Shown piece by piece: positions 19,467 through 31,220 of a stretch of 64,000 nucleotides of DNA (position 1 is the first letter of the stretch; each line of letters begins with the position of its first letter). The DNA comes from an uncultured Actinomycetes bacterium. GTDB taxonomy: Bacteria; Actinomycetota; Acidimicrobiia; Acidimicrobiales; Iamiaceae. The notes below the pieces were generated by a model. That model was not told where the DNA came from, ran no database searches, and saw only the letters and a program-made list of their open reading frames with translations. The translations under genes were made by a program, and so were the position numbers. The stretch spans positions 411,368 through 475,367 of the forward strand of contig CAWELZ010000012.1 in assembly GCA_963810075.1 (NCBI GenBank), written 5' to 3'.

Positions 19467-21980
19467 ATGGCGGACGACTCGCTGGGAGACCTCGCAGAGA
19501 CCACCGGCGGCGAACCCGACGACGTGCTCGACGCGTTCTTGGCATGGGTCGAAGGCCGCGGCATCGAGCTCTACGACGCGCAGTCCGAAGCCGTGTTCGA
19601 GCTGTTGGCCGGGTCGCACGTCATCGTCAACACCCCCACCGGGTCGGGCAAGAGCCTGGTCGCGGCCGCCGCCCACTTCGACGCGCTCTGCCGAGGTGAG
19701 CGGAGCTTCTACACCGCGCCCATCAAGGCGCTGGTGTCCGAGAAGTTCTTCGAGCTCTCCGCGATCTTCGGCGCGGAGCGGGTCGGCATGCTCACCGGTG
19801 ACGCCTCGGTCAACCACGAGGCGCCGATCATCTGCTGCACCGAGGAGATCCTGGCCAACCTGGCGCTGCGGCAGGGACGGGCCACCGGCATCGACACCGC
19901 GATCCTCGACGAGTTCCACTACTTCGCCGACCCGCAGCGCGGCTGGGCCTGGCAGGTTCCGCTGCTCGAGATGACCACGACGCGCTTCATGTTGCTCTCG
20001 GCCACCCTCGGGGACGTGACGCGGTTCGAGGACGACCTCGGCACCCGCACGGGGCGCGAGGTCGCCGTCGTCCGCTCCGCGCACCGGCCGGTGCCCCTCG
20101 TGCATGAGTTCCGGGTCGAGACGGTGACCGACACCGTCACCGAGCTGCTGGCCACGCAGGGCGCGCCGCTGTACCTCGTCCACTTCACGCAGGCTGCCGC
20201 GGTCGAACGGGCCCAGGCGCTGCTGAGCCTGCCACTCGCGACCCGCGAGGAGAAGGACGCGATCGTGGCCGAGATCGGCGGGTTCCGGTTCTCGCCCGGG
20301 TTCGGTCGCTCGCTGTCCAAGTTCGTCCGCAACGGGATCGGCGTCCACCACGCGGGCCTGTTGCCGCGCTATCGCCGACTGGTGGAGCGGCTCGCCCAAC
20401 GCGGCCTGTTGAAGGTCATCTGCGGCACCGACACCCTCGGCGTCGGTGTCAACGTGCCCATCCGCACCGTGGTGCTCACCGCGCTCTCCAAGTACGACGG
20501 CCACGAGACGCGCCTGTTGAGCGCCCGCGAGTTCCACCAGATCGGTGGTCGGGCGGGGCGGGCCGGCTTCGACACGGTGGGAACCGTGATCGCCCTCGCA
20601 CCCGAGCACGCCATCGAGAACGCCAAGCTGGTCGCCAAGGCCGACGGCGACCCCCGCAAGCTGCGCCGCATGGTCAAGCGCAAGCCACCGCCCGGCATGG
20701 TCTCGTGGGGACGACCCACCTTCGACCGGCTCGAGGCCGCGCCACCCGAGCCCTTGACCTCCAGCTTCGAGGTGTCCCACGCCATGGTGCTGCAGGTGCT
20801 GAACCGGCCGGGGGACGGACGGGCCGCCCTCGACGCGCTGCTCCACAGCCCGTACCAGACCGAGAACGAGATCGCGGGACACGTGGCACGGGCGGCCGAG
20901 ATCACGTCGTCGCTGCTGGAGTCCGGCGTGCTGGAGGAGCTGGATGAGCCCGACGAGCTGGGTCGGACGATCCGGCTCGGAGTCGACGTGCCCGACGACT
21001 TCGCATTGAACCAACCGCTCGCCTTGTTCGCGGTCGCCGCCCTTGACCTGCTCGACCCGGAGGAACCGACGCACGCCCTCGACGTGGTGTCGGTGGTCGA
21101 GTCGGTCCTCGAGGATCCCCGCCCCGTCGTCCTGGCGCAGAGGAACCGGGCGCGCACCGAGGCGATCGCCCAGATGAAGGCCGACGGCCTCGACTACGAC
21201 CAGCGGATGGCCGAGCTCGACACGGTCACTGCGCCGCGACCGCTCGCGGAGTTGCTCGAGCCCATGTTCGACCTCTACCGCACCAGCGAGCCGTGGGCCG
21301 CAGACCACGAGCTGCGGCCCAAGTCGGTGGTGCGCGAGCTCTACGAGCGGGCCATGGACTTCGCCGACTACGTGCGGTTCCACCAGATCGCGCGGAGCGA
21401 GGGGGTGCTGCTGCGCTACCTCTCCGACGCCTACCGCACCTTGCGCCGGACGGTCCTCGAGGCCCACCGCAGCGACGCGCTCGACGAGCTGGTCGACTGG
21501 TTGGGTGAGATGGTGCGCCAGGTCGACTCGAGCCTGCTCGATGAGTGGGAGCGCCTCGCCGACCCGGACGCGCAGCCCGGGCCCCCGGACCTCGATGCGC
21601 CGCCACCGCCGCTGACCGCCAACCACCGCGCCTTCACCGTGCTGGTTCGCAACGCGATGTTCCGGCGCGTCGAGCTGCTCGCACGACGCGACTGGGACTC
21701 GCTCGGCGAGCTCGACGGCGACTCGGGGTGGACGGCGAACCGCTGGCGGGAGGCCTTCGCGCCGTATTTCGAGGAGTTCACGGGCGTGACCGTCGGCCCA
21801 TCCGCTCGGAGCCCCAGGTTGCTGGTCGTCGACGAGCAGCGGGACCACTGGAGCGTGCGTCAGATCATCGACGACCCGGAGGAGCAGCACGCGTGGGCGA
21901 TCGTCGCGAAGGTCGACCTGCGCGCCTCGGACGAACAGGGCCGGGCCGTCGTCGAGATCATGGACGTGGTCGACACCTGA
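19467..21980 (+). CDS. DEAD/DEAH-box (Ski2-like) helicase with a C-terminal DUF3516-type extension
   Basis: The 837-aa ORF is intact. Motif I is TPTGSGKS, motif II is DEFH, followed by a helicase C domain (HHAGLLP...GTDTLGVGVNVP) and a long C-terminal alpha-helical region. Confidence 0.7.
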   Translation: MADDSLGDLAETTGGEPDDVLDAFLAWVEGRGIELYDAQSEAVFELLAGSHVIVNTPTGSGKSLVAAAAHFDALCRGERSFYTAPIKALVSEKFFELSAIFGAERVGMLTGDASVNHEAPIICCTEEILANLALRQGRATGIDTAILDEFHYFADPQRGWAWQVPLLEMTTTRFMLLSATLGDVTRFEDDLGTRTGREVAVVRSAHRPVPLVHEFRVETVTDTVTELLATQGAPLYLVHFTQAAAVERAQALLSLPLATREEKDAIVAEIGGFRFSPGFGRSLSKFVRNGIGVHHAGLLPRYRRLVERLAQRGLLKVICGTDTLGVGVNVPIRTVVLTALSKYDGHETRLLSAREFHQIGGRAGRAGFDTVGTVIALAPEHAIENAKLVAKADGDPRKLRRMVKRKPPPGMVSWGRPTFDRLEAAPPEPLTSSFEVSHAMVLQVLNRPGDGRAALDALLHSPYQTENEIAGHVARAAEITSSLLESGVLEELDEPDELGRTIRLGVDVPDDFALNQPLALFAVAALDLLDPEEPTHALDVVSVVESVLEDPRPVVLAQRNRARTEAIAQMKADGLDYDQRMAELDTVTAPRPLAELLEPMFDLYRTSEPWAADHELRPKSVVRELYERAMDFADYVRFHQIARSEGVLLRYLSDAYRTLRRTVLEAHRSDALDELVDWLGEMVRQVDSSLLDEWERLADPDAQPGPPDLDAPPPPLTANHRAFTVLVRNAMFRRVELLARRDWDSLGELDGDSGWTANRWREAFAPYFEEFTGVTVGPSARSPRLLVVDEQRDHWSVRQIIDDPEEQHAWAIVAKVDLRASDEQGRAVVEIMDVVDT

Positions 21981-22059
21981 TCACGCGTCGCCTGACGGTC
22001 GGCAGGACTTCGTACACTCCGCCCCACTCGCTGCCGCCGCACGATGGAGAAGCACGACC

Positions 22060-23400
22060 TTGTCAGACGAACTGATTGCACTTGCCGCACGGGCGTACGT
22101 CGCCGGCTTCTCGTTGGTGTTCGACCTCGAGCAGGTGCAGCGTTGCGTGACCACGGGATTCGGCTCGCTCCCCGCGGCTCCGTTCAACTCGTTCGGTCAC
22201 GCCAGGACCCTTGCGAACGACGAGGACACCTTCGTCTCGGTCAACAACGACACCCTCTACTCGTTGGCGCAGCTCGATCTCAGCGGCGGACCGATCCGCC
22301 TGCACGTACCGGACACCGGTGGTCGGTACTACGTGCTGCAGTTCGTCGACGCCTGGACGAACAACTTCGCCTACGTGGGGACGCGCGGCACCGGCAACGC
22401 GGCAGGCGATTTCGTGCTGCTCCCTCCGACGTGGACCGGTGAGGATGCGTTCGGGGACGCGACGACCATTCGGGTCCCGACCAACGTGGCGTCGATCGTC
22501 GGCCGGTGGGCCTGCACCGGTACCGACGACCTGCCGGAGGTCCATGCCCTGCAGGACGCCACCACGCTCACGCCCATCAACCCGCAAGGGGCAACCGTCG
22601 GGCTGCCGACCGCCTCGACCACGACCGATGCCTCGGAGGCGCTCGCCTTCTTCGAGAACTTCCGCGTCTGGTCCCAGGCCTTCCCGCCGGCTCCACGGGA
22701 CCAGGCGCTCCTCGATTCGTTCGAACCGCTCGGCCTCACCGGCGACACGCCGGTGACGGAGCTGCCCGCGGAGGTGACCGCCGCCCTCGAGGCGGGTTTC
22801 GCGCAGGCGTCCGGGCAACTCGTCGCACTGCTGCGTTCCGGCGCGGGCAGCCCGAAGGTCAACAACTGGGCCATGACCCTGCACGTCTTCGACTACAACC
22901 TCGACTTCTTCGAGGTCGGCACTGTCGACACCGATGAGTGGAAGGTCACCGACCCGGAGGTGCGCCTCTTCCTGCGCGCGGCCTCGGCGCTCGGCGGGCT
23001 GTGGGGCAACCACGGCTACGAAGCCGCCTACCTGATGAACTACCAGGACGCCGACGGCGCCCAGCTCAACGGGGCCAACACCTACGAGCTGCGCCTCGAC
23101 CCGCCACCACCCGTCGGCGCGTTCTGGTCGCTGACCATGTACGACGTCCCCGACTTCTTCCTCGTCCCGAACGTGATCGACCGCTACTCGATCGGGGACC
23201 GCACTCCCGGCATCGTTCCTGATGCCGATGGTGGGTTCACCATCACCATGAGCGTGGCCCAGCCCGAAGACGAGAAGGCGCGAGCCAACTGGTTGCCCAC
23301 GCCGGCAGGCGACTTCCGACCCATCCTCCGCATGTACCTACCCGAACCAGCTGTCTTCGACGGCAGGTGGGAGGTACCGGGCATCTTGAAGACGTCCTAG
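22060..23400 (+). CDS. DUF1254/DUF1214 two-domain protein
   Basis: The 446-aa ORF is intact and its composition is typical of this family (YVLQFVDAWTNNFAYVG, SLTMYD). Family assignment is from memory. Confidence 0.45.
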   Translation: MSDELIALAARAYVAGFSLVFDLEQVQRCVTTGFGSLPAAPFNSFGHARTLANDEDTFVSVNNDTLYSLAQLDLSGGPIRLHVPDTGGRYYVLQFVDAWTNNFAYVGTRGTGNAAGDFVLLPPTWTGEDAFGDATTIRVPTNVASIVGRWACTGTDDLPEVHALQDATTLTPINPQGATVGLPTASTTTDASEALAFFENFRVWSQAFPPAPRDQALLDSFEPLGLTGDTPVTELPAEVTAALEAGFAQASGQLVALLRSGAGSPKVNNWAMTLHVFDYNLDFFEVGTVDTDEWKVTDPEVRLFLRAASALGGLWGNHGYEAAYLMNYQDADGAQLNGANTYELRLDPPPPVGAFWSLTMYDVPDFFLVPNVIDRYSIGDRTPGIVPDADGGFTITMSVAQPEDEKARANWLPTPAGDFRPILRMYLPEPAVFDGRWEVPGILKTS

Positions 23401-23469
23401 TCCGGGTCGGGCGCGGCGAGCGATCCGGTCGACCCGGATCTGGGTGGGGCGACCCCGCGGGACCGACCG

Positions 23470-25169
23470 CTACTTGGCGGAGGAGAAGGTGACCTTGACC
23501 GAGGAGAAGCGCACCGACCCGCCGAGTGCCGGCTTTGCGTAGGCCACGGTCGTCGGCGTCAGCTGCAGGGTGAGCTTCGCGCCGGGTGCGCGCGTCGAAG
23601 ACCACGATCTCCAGTGCCGAGGTGCTGGTGTGCACCTTGCCGTCGAGCTTCAGCTTGACCGGGGTCACCTGGTTGCCCACGACCAGGCCGGTCTTGACGT
23701 CGACGACCTGCGCGAAGACGCGCTGCGGGCCGTCCACCCACGCCGGCGACGTGCCCCGGTACGTGATTCGCATCACCGGCGCGCCGAGGAGGAGCCGGCG
23801 CTGCTTGCTGTTCGTGATCGGGACGTTCACCGCGTTGGTCGCCTTGGCAGGGGTGACCGGACCGGCCAGGGAGGCGATCGGGTCCGACGAGCCCGTCGTG
23901 TCCGCGGGGCCAGAGCCGCCGTCGGCGGTCAGCTCGAGCGATCCCGACCCGGTGGCGGAAAGCGGCGAACCCATCGGCACCGGGTAGGAGTCGAAGCTGT
24001 GCACCGCACCGTTCTGGTCGACCGTCTCGAAACCGGGCACGTTCTTCGTGTGCGGATCGAGCTTGAGGTAGCGGTCCAGCCACGCGAGGGTCGCTGCCCC
24101 GATGTCGAGCGAACCGCCGTCGCCCGTGAGGCAGACACCATGGCCGCCACAGAACCAGAGCATCGCGGTGGGTGCCCCGTTCTTGGCGATGCCCACGTAG
24201 TTCCGCACCCCCTGATCGAGGGGGAAGAGGTTGTCGACGGTGCCCTGGATGATGAGCGTCGGCACGTTGATCTGGCTGAGCAGCTCACCCGGCCCGCGTT
24301 CGGAGAACCACTTCAGGTCGCCTGGGCTCAGCACGCCGGAGTCGTTGCCCGCGGCGCTTGCCGAGGTGACGTGTGGGTCGAGCCGATGCCCGGTTCCCAG
24401 CTTCGTGAGGATGTTGGCCCACCCGCTCTTGAAGGTGTCTGCCGTGTAGAGGCTGGTGCGCAGCGAGTGCCACGTGATGGTCGGTGTGATGACGTCGATC
24501 CGGCAGTCGGTCGCGGCCGCGACCAGTTGGATGCCGCCGCCGTAGGAGGCACCGACCATGCCGACCCGTGGGTCCCCCATGGCATCGAGCTCGACGTGCG
24601 GTCGGGTGGCCAACCAGTCGAGCAGTCGTGAGACGTCGCGGGCCTCGAAGTTGGGGCTGTCGACGGTGACGGTCCCGCCCGGACGCGCCGAACCCCCGGG
24701 GATCCCAGGTCAACACGTTGTAGCCCGCCTTGTGGAGCGCGGTGATCGACTGCACGCTCATGATCGGCGAGAGCGGTTTGGGCGCCATCGAGGTGTCGCC
24801 GGCCATGCTCCATCCCGGTCCCATCAGCACCGTCGGTGACTTGGCGGTCGTCGAACGGGGGAACCAGTGGCCTCGAATCCTGGTGCCGTCGAATGAGATC
24901 AGGTCGAAGTTGCCGTGCTTCCCGGTGACCTTCGTGGACTTGACCGCGGCTGGCGCGGGACGGACGCACGCCGGTTGCTTCCACGGAGCCACCGTGGTGG
25001 AGACATCGACGGACCCGGCCGTCGCGGCGGAGCGCGATGCCATCGACGAACTGCACCCGGCGCTGAGCACCGCCAACAAGCACGCGAGCGAGACGAGGTA
25101 CCAAGACTTGCGTCGGGGTCGGCGATCGTCGGTGTGGCTGTGGTCGGCGCTCGTGAGGGCGTCGATCAT
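23470..25169 (-). pseudogene. CocE/NonD-type (S15 X-Pro dipeptidyl-peptidase family) alpha/beta hydrolase, probably a lipoprotein, with two frameshifts
   Basis: The N-terminus in ORF 24285..25226 has a signal/lipobox (LVSLACLLAVLSAGC) and runs up to the GFGASGG motif. The middle in ORF 23243..24613 carries the GASYGG nucleophile motif. The last 32 codons (RAPGAKLTLQLT...SVKVTFSSAK, stop at 23470) are in a third frame. The junctions are at about 24665 (ggg run) and about 23583. Confidence 0.5.
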
Positions 25170-25340
25170 CGATGGTCTCCTCGAAATGCTGCAGTGGACG
25201 GTCCGGATGGTCGTGGCGTCCCGCATCTCGACGTGGCCGAGACAACGCCTTCTGACGATACCGTCACCCCGAGTGCCGGAAAAGTCGCGGATCGTGCGAC
25301 TCGTGCGCTGCGGCGACGGCCGTCCAGGGGTTTCGAAGCC

Positions 25341-27292
25341 TCACGCCGGTTCCGGGGTTGCCGGGGCGGCGTCGCGCAGGTCGCGCAACAGCGCCTCGGC
25401 TTCGGCGCGGTCGCGAGTGCGCCGCATCGGCGGGAGCGCGTTGACGAGGTCCCATCGGTAGCTGCGGCTCGTGGCGAGGCGCGCGTCGAGCACGGCGACG
25501 ACCCCACGATCGGTCGAGCTGCGGATGAGCCGGCCGGCTCCTTGCGCGAGCAGCGTCGCCGCGTGCGGGATGTCGACCCGGCGGAACGCGTCCTGGCGGA
25601 AGCGCTCCCGTCGAGCCTGGAGCAGCGGCTCGTCCGGTCGGGGGAACGGCAGGCGATCGATGGTCACGAGCGAGAGGGTCGAGCCCGGCACGTCGACCCC
25701 CTGCCAGAACCCCAGGGTCGCGAAGAGACAGGCCGCGTGCTGTTCGGCGAACTCGGCGACCAGCGCAGGCTTGGGTCGGTCGCGCTGGCTCAGGATGGGC
25801 ACGTCGAGCCGCTCGCGAAGGGCCTCGACCGCGGCGTCCATCGCACGGAAGCTGGTGAACAGCGCCAGCGTCGCGCCACCCGCCGCGGTGATCAACGCCT
25901 CGAGCTCGTCGTGGAGCGCGTCCTCGTACGCGGCGCTGCGGGGCTCGGGAATCCCCGCCGCGCAGTACAGCAGCGCGTGTTCGGGGTAGTCGAAGGGACT
26001 GCCGACATCGAGTTGGTCGAGCTCGTCTGGGTCGAGTCCGACCGTGTCGGCGAGTCCAGGTGGGATGGTCGCGCTGGTGAGCACCGCGACCGCTTCGGGC
26101 CAAGCCGACTCGCTCAGCAGCGGTGCCACGTCGAGCGGCGCCAGTCGGATCGAAGGGCGTGCGCTCGGGCCCTCGATCCACATGACCGACGTGGACGGCG
26201 GCTCGGCGAGCGCGTGCAGGTCCTCGAGCAGCGAAGACGCCAACTTGATCGCGCGCTCGCGTCGGGTGGCGACGTCCTCGTGCCCGGCGGGGTCGATCTT
26301 GCGCACTCCGGCCAGCAGCTTGTCGACCCGACCGATCGCGAGGGCGACGACGTCGGCGGCTTCGGGCTCGAGGCCCCAGCGCGAGGCGCCGGCCGACGTC
26401 GGGCACCAGGGCGCGGTCCCAGTCGGCGACGACCGAGTCCAGCGCGGCGAGGGCCTCGGGGTCGTCCAGCACCGCGTGCACCGCCCGGCGCACCGCCGTG
26501 AAGCGGGTGGCGGCGAGGTCGATCCCCGCAGTCGCCGACACCACGTCCTCGAGCTGGTGAGCCTCGTCGATCACCACGACGTCGTGCTCGGGCAGCAGCA
26601 TCCCGCCGCTGGCCACGTGCAGTCCGAAGAGGTGCTGGTTGACGACGACCACGTCCGCCTCGGCGGCCCGGGTACGGGCCATCTCCGCGAAGCAGGCGCC
26701 GCCCGACGGGCAGCGCGTCGCGCCGGGGCACTCCTGCGCGGAGACGCTGACCGCCGACCACGCGGCCGCGGAGGGCTCGACGTCGAGCTCGGCCCGGTCG
26801 CCGGTGGGGCTGTCGGTCGCCCACCGCGCGAGGGCGGCCAGCTCGGCGGGCGCGGCTCGGTCTGCGACGCCGTCCAGCGAGAGCTGATCGCCGGCACGGG
26901 CCTTGTCGAGCTCGCGGAGGCGTTGCCGGCAGATGTAGTTGGAACGCCCCTTGAGCACCGCGAACTCGAGCGGGCGGTCGAGGTGCGCGGCGAGGAATGG
27001 GAGGTCTTTGCCCGCGAGCTGGTCCTGCAGCGCCTTGGTGGCGGTGGCCACGACCGTGCGCTTGCCCGAGAGCACCGTCGGGATCAGGTAGGCGAGCGAC
27101 TTCCCGATGCCCGTACCGGCAGCGACGACCAGGTTGCGCTTGGTGGCGACGGCGTCGGCGACGGCACGCACCATGTCCCGCTGGCCCGCACGGTGCTCGC
27201 CGTTCTCGAGGGAGTCGGTGACGGCGTCGAGGAGCGCGATCGCCTCGGCGGCGTGGGGCGAGGGCTCATCGGGCACCTTGCGAGGGTACCGG
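25341..27292 (-). pseudogene. dinG: ATP-dependent DinG-like helicase (Rad3/XPD family), with one frameshift
   Basis: The N-terminal part is in the long 25264..28608 frame: Walker A AAGTGIGKSLAYL, DEAH box VVIDEAHQLED, and Cys-rich region CPGATRCPSGGAC. The C-terminal part (helicase motifs V-VI, SSTDRGVVAVLDARL) is in ORF 25341..26306. The junction is at about 26345 in a gggg run. The start is a GTG near 27292, and the ORF upstream of that is Arg-rich. Confidence 0.6.
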
Positions 27293-27354
27293 TCGGCATG
27301 CGACGAGGTGGTCTGCCACAATCGCCGAGACCGCCCCGACCGCCGTGAGAGGAC

Positions 27355-27789
27355 GTGATCGACTTGGAAGGCATCGAGCTGACCGCTGACCACCCCGCCA
27401 GAACGGCGGCCATCGCGTCGATGCGCGCGGTCGAGGCAGGAGACCGGGATGCATGGCTCGCGTTGTTCGCCGAAGACGCCACCGTCGCCGACCCGGTCGG
27501 GTTTTCGCCACTCGACCCGGCAGGCGAGGGGCACCACGGTCGGGACGCGATCGCTGCGTTCTACGACACCGTGATCGCCCAGGCCGAGGTGTGCTTCGAC
27601 CTCCGCGAGTCCTACGCGGCGGGCGACGAGTGCGCCAACGTCGGGACCATCACCTCGACCTTCCCTGACGGCACGGCGGGGGTGGTCGACGGCGTCTACG
27701 TCTATCGGGTCGATGAGCAGGGCAAGCTCGTGTCGGTGCGAGCCTTCTGGCAATACGACGACCTGCGAATCGTGCCGCCGCCGGGCTGA
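27355..27789 (+). CDS. NTF2-like / SnoaL-like (ketosteroid-isomerase fold) protein
   Basis: The 144-aa ORF contains a SnoaL-like pattern (GDRDAWLALFAEDATVADP...AIAAFYDTVI). Confidence 0.5.
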   Translation: MIDLEGIELTADHPARTAAIASMRAVEAGDRDAWLALFAEDATVADPVGFSPLDPAGEGHHGRDAIAAFYDTVIAQAEVCFDLRESYAAGDECANVGTITSTFPDGTAGVVDGVYVYRVDEQGKLVSVRAFWQYDDLRIVPPPG

Positions 27790-27921
27790 GACGCGGCCGA
27801 TCATCTGGCGTGCGTTCGGGCTCCGCCCGTGGCGTGCGGGTCGATGCCACGGGAGGGCTGCGACGTGGGTGCCGGGCGTGTTGCCGCTGTGGATGGTGCG
27901 ACAGCGGTGTACAAAGGTCCG

Positions 27922-30328
27922 GTGAACAACTTCCGTTTGGCCTATGAGGGGTTCGACCCCGACGAGGAGGGCCTCAGGGAGGCGCTCACCACGACGGGCA
28001 ACGGCTTCCAGTGCAGCCGCGGCGCGGCCGAGTGGGAGGAGGCCGACGGCATCCACTACCCGGGCACCTATCTGCACGGCGCCTACAACCGCGAGACCAC
28101 GGTCCGCGGCGGTCTCCCCATCCTCAACGAGGACCTGGTCAACCTGCCCAACTGGCTGGTGCTGGAGTTGCGCATCGACGACGATGACGCCTTCCGCCTC
28201 GCCGACGTCGAACTGCTCGACTACGAGCACGTGCTGCACACCCGAGATGCGGTGCTCGAACGCCGCCTGCGCTTCCGGGATCGGCGCGGTCGGGAGACCT
28301 CGCTGCGAAGCCGACGCTTCGTCAGCATGGCCGACGTGCATCTGGCCGGCATCGAGTGGCAGCTCACAGCCGAGAACTGGTCGGGTCGCGCTTCGGTGAT
28401 CGCGGCGCTCGACGGGCGCGTGACGAACAGCGGCGTGCCGCGCTACGGCCAGCTGGAGCAGCGGCACCTCGCCCCCGTCTCCTCGACCGCGTACGGGCCG
28501 GAGGTGGTGGCCCTCACCGCGGTCACCCGCCAGTCGCGCCTGTACGTGAGCAACGCCGCCGCGCACCCGGGTGTTCTGTGACGGCAAACCGCTCGTCGTG
28601 GACCGCAACCGCTACGCGACCGAGGACTACGTGCAGCAGGTCCTGACCCTCGACGTCGCCCGGGGCCGGACCGTGACCGTCGAGAAGATGGTGGCCTGTT
28701 CGACGTCGCGCGACCCCGCCACCGCCGACACCCAGGACCGCGCCGCGACGCTCGTGCAGCGCGCCCCCGACTTCGCGGTGGCGCTCGAACGCCACGACGT
28801 GGCCTGGGAGGAGCTGTGGCGTGTCTGTGACGTGGTCGTCCCCCGGCACCCCCGGGCGCAGCAGAACCTCCGCCTGCACATCAGCCATGTCCTCCAGGTG
28901 TGCTCGCCGCACACCGCCGACCTGGACGCGGGGGTGCCGGCGCGGGGGCTCAGCGGCGAGGCGTACCGCGGTCACGTCTTCTGGGACGAGCTCTTCGTCT
29001 ACCCGTTCCTGACGCTCCGGCGACCGGAGATCACCCGGGGTCTGCTGATGTACCGCTACCGCCGCCTCGACGAGGCACGGGCCGCGGCACGCGCCGCGGG
29101 CTACCGGGGCGCGATGTACCCGTGGCAGAGCGGCAGCGAAGGGAGCGAGGAGACCCAGCGCGTGCACCTCAACCCGTTGTCCGGTCACTGGGACCAGGAC
29201 CGCAGCCACTACCAGAGACACGTCAACGCCGCGATCTTCTACAACGTCTGGCAGTACTTCCAGGCGACCCACGACCACGGCTTCCTGCGCGACCGGGGCG
29301 CCGAGATGATGCTGGAGATCGCCCGGTTCTGGGCATCCATCGCCACGTTCGACCGGGCTCGGAGCCGCTACGTCATCCACGGGGTGATGGGGCCGGACGA
29401 GTTCCACGAGCGGGACCCGGGCGCCGACGGAGACGGCCTCCACAACAACGCCTACACCAACGTGATGGTGGCCTGGCTCTGCGGCGTGGCGACCGAGGTG
29501 CTCGGACGGCTCCCGGCGAGTCGGGCTCGTGCGTTGCGCGAACGGCTCCGACTCGAGGACGAAGAGCTGCGCACCTGGCAGGACATGAGCCGACGCATGT
29601 TCGTGCCGTTCCACGACGGGGTCATCAGCCAGTTCGAGGGGTACGGGGCCCTCGCCGAGCTCGACTGGGACGGTTACCGGGAGCGCTACGGCGACATCCA
29701 ACGTCTGGACCGGATCCTGCGCGCCGAGGGAGACGACCCGAATCGCTACCAGGCGTCGAAGCAGGCCGACGCGGTGATGCTGCCGTTCCTCTTCCCGCGG
29801 GGCGAGCTCGAAGAGATCTTCTCCCGACTCGGCTACGCGTACGGGCCCGAATGCGAGCAGCGCACCGTCTCCTACTACGACCAGCGCACCTCGCACGGCT
29901 CGACGCTCAGCTACCTCGCCTTCGCCGGAGCACTCGCCGCCGCGGAACCGGATCGCTCCTGGGAGCGGTTCCTCATGGCCTTGGAGAGCGACGTCGGCGA
30001 CAGCCAGAACGGCACGACCCGCGAAGGGATCCACCTGGGCGCGATGGCGGGGACGCTCGACCTGCTCCAGCGCTGCTACGCCGGGGTTCACCTCCGTGAC
30101 GACGTCCTCTGCTTCAATCCGCGTCCCCCCGCTCAGCTGGGCGAGCTCTCCTTCTCGCTGCAGTTCCGGGACACGCCGGTGCAGGTCGAGCTCACCGAGG
30201 GACATCTGTCGATTTGCGCGCTCCCGGAAGGGGCGCGGGCCGCGATCAAGGTGGGGCTCTGCGACGACGTCCGCGAGCTGGCCCCTGGCGGCCGTGTGTC
30301 GTTCGACCTGCCTCAGGGCGGGGCCTAG
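27922..30328 (+). pseudogene. Glycoside hydrolase family 65 phosphorylase (kojibiose/trehalose/maltose phosphorylase-like), with one frameshift
   Basis: The N-terminal beta-sandwich part is in ORF 27829..28581 (LAYEGFDPDEEGLREALTTTGNGFQ). The catalytic (alpha/alpha)6 part is in ORF 28571..30328 (GHVFWDELFVYPFL, ...HNNAYTNVMVAW). The junction is at about 28560 at a cacccgggtg run. The start is uncertain; the best guess is the GTG at 27922 preceded by aaagg. Confidence 0.6.
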
Positions 30329-30385
30329 GCCGGCCACCCCGGGCGCCGACGGGACCCACCGACGGGTGTCGGGTACCGTCTCCCC

Positions 30386-31157
30386 GTGCCCCCCGACCGC
30401 GACGACCCACTGGCCCCACTGCGCCGAGACCCGGGGCGGACCGGCGTCTTCTGCGACTTCGACGGCACGCTCTCGCCAATCGTGGCCGACCCGAGCCGCG
30501 GCCGTCCCGCTCGCGGGCGCCGCCGAGACCCTCGATCGGCTGACCGAGGTCTACCGGCTCGTCGCAGTCGTGTCGGGCAGGCCGGTGGCGTTCCTGGTTG
30601 GGCGACTGCCATCGACCGTGCTCCTGTCGGGCCTCTACGGGCTCGAGACGGTGCGCGCCGGAACGCACGTCGAGGACCCTGCCGCCGGACGGTGGCGCGA
30701 CGTGGTGGCGACCGCTGCCTCCCGCTGCGCCGCGGATGTCCCCGACGGCGTGGTGGTCGAGCCCAAGGGGCTGTCCCTGACCATCCACTACCGCAGAGTC
30801 CCCGACCGTGAGCCGGCGGTCGAGGCGCTCGCGGCCGCCGTGGCCGCCGACACCGGGCTCGTCGTGCGCGCGGCGCGGCGCTCCATCGAGCTCCACCCAC
30901 CGGTCGACGCCGACAAGGGCACCGTGATCAACGCGCTGGCCGAAGGACTCGACGCCGCGTGCTACCTGGGGGACGACCTGGGCGATCTGGCGGCATTCGC
31001 AGCGCTCGACCAACTGGCGGTTCGAGGCGTGGCGACGGTGCGCGTCGCCGTGCGCAGCGACGAGGCGCCGCCGGAGCTGCTGGAGGCGGCCGACGTCGTG
31101 GTCGATGGCCCTCGGGGCGCACTGGCATTGCTGCGCACGTTGCTCCCCAGCTCCTGA
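30386..31157 (+). pseudogene. otsB: Trehalose-6-phosphate phosphatase-like HAD hydrolase, with one frameshift
   Basis: ORF 30386..30811 begins with the HAD motif I FCDFDGTLSPIVADPS and then turns Arg-rich. The protein continues in ORF 30096..31157 (AAVPLAGAAETLDRLTEVYRLVAVVSGRP...GDDLGDLAAF). The junction is at about 30497. Confidence 0.55.
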
Positions 31158-31220
31158 TCGAGGGCGCCGGTCAACGCAGCCGATGGATCTCATCTCCGGC
31201 GTCGGCCGCCGACCGATCGA

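Noticed and set aside
27292-28608. Upstream extension of the dinG frame (1114-aa ORF) over the NTF2 and GH65 genes
   Set aside because: The DinG N-terminus aligns from the GTG near 27292. The sequence beyond it is Arg/Pro-rich antisense translation of GH65.
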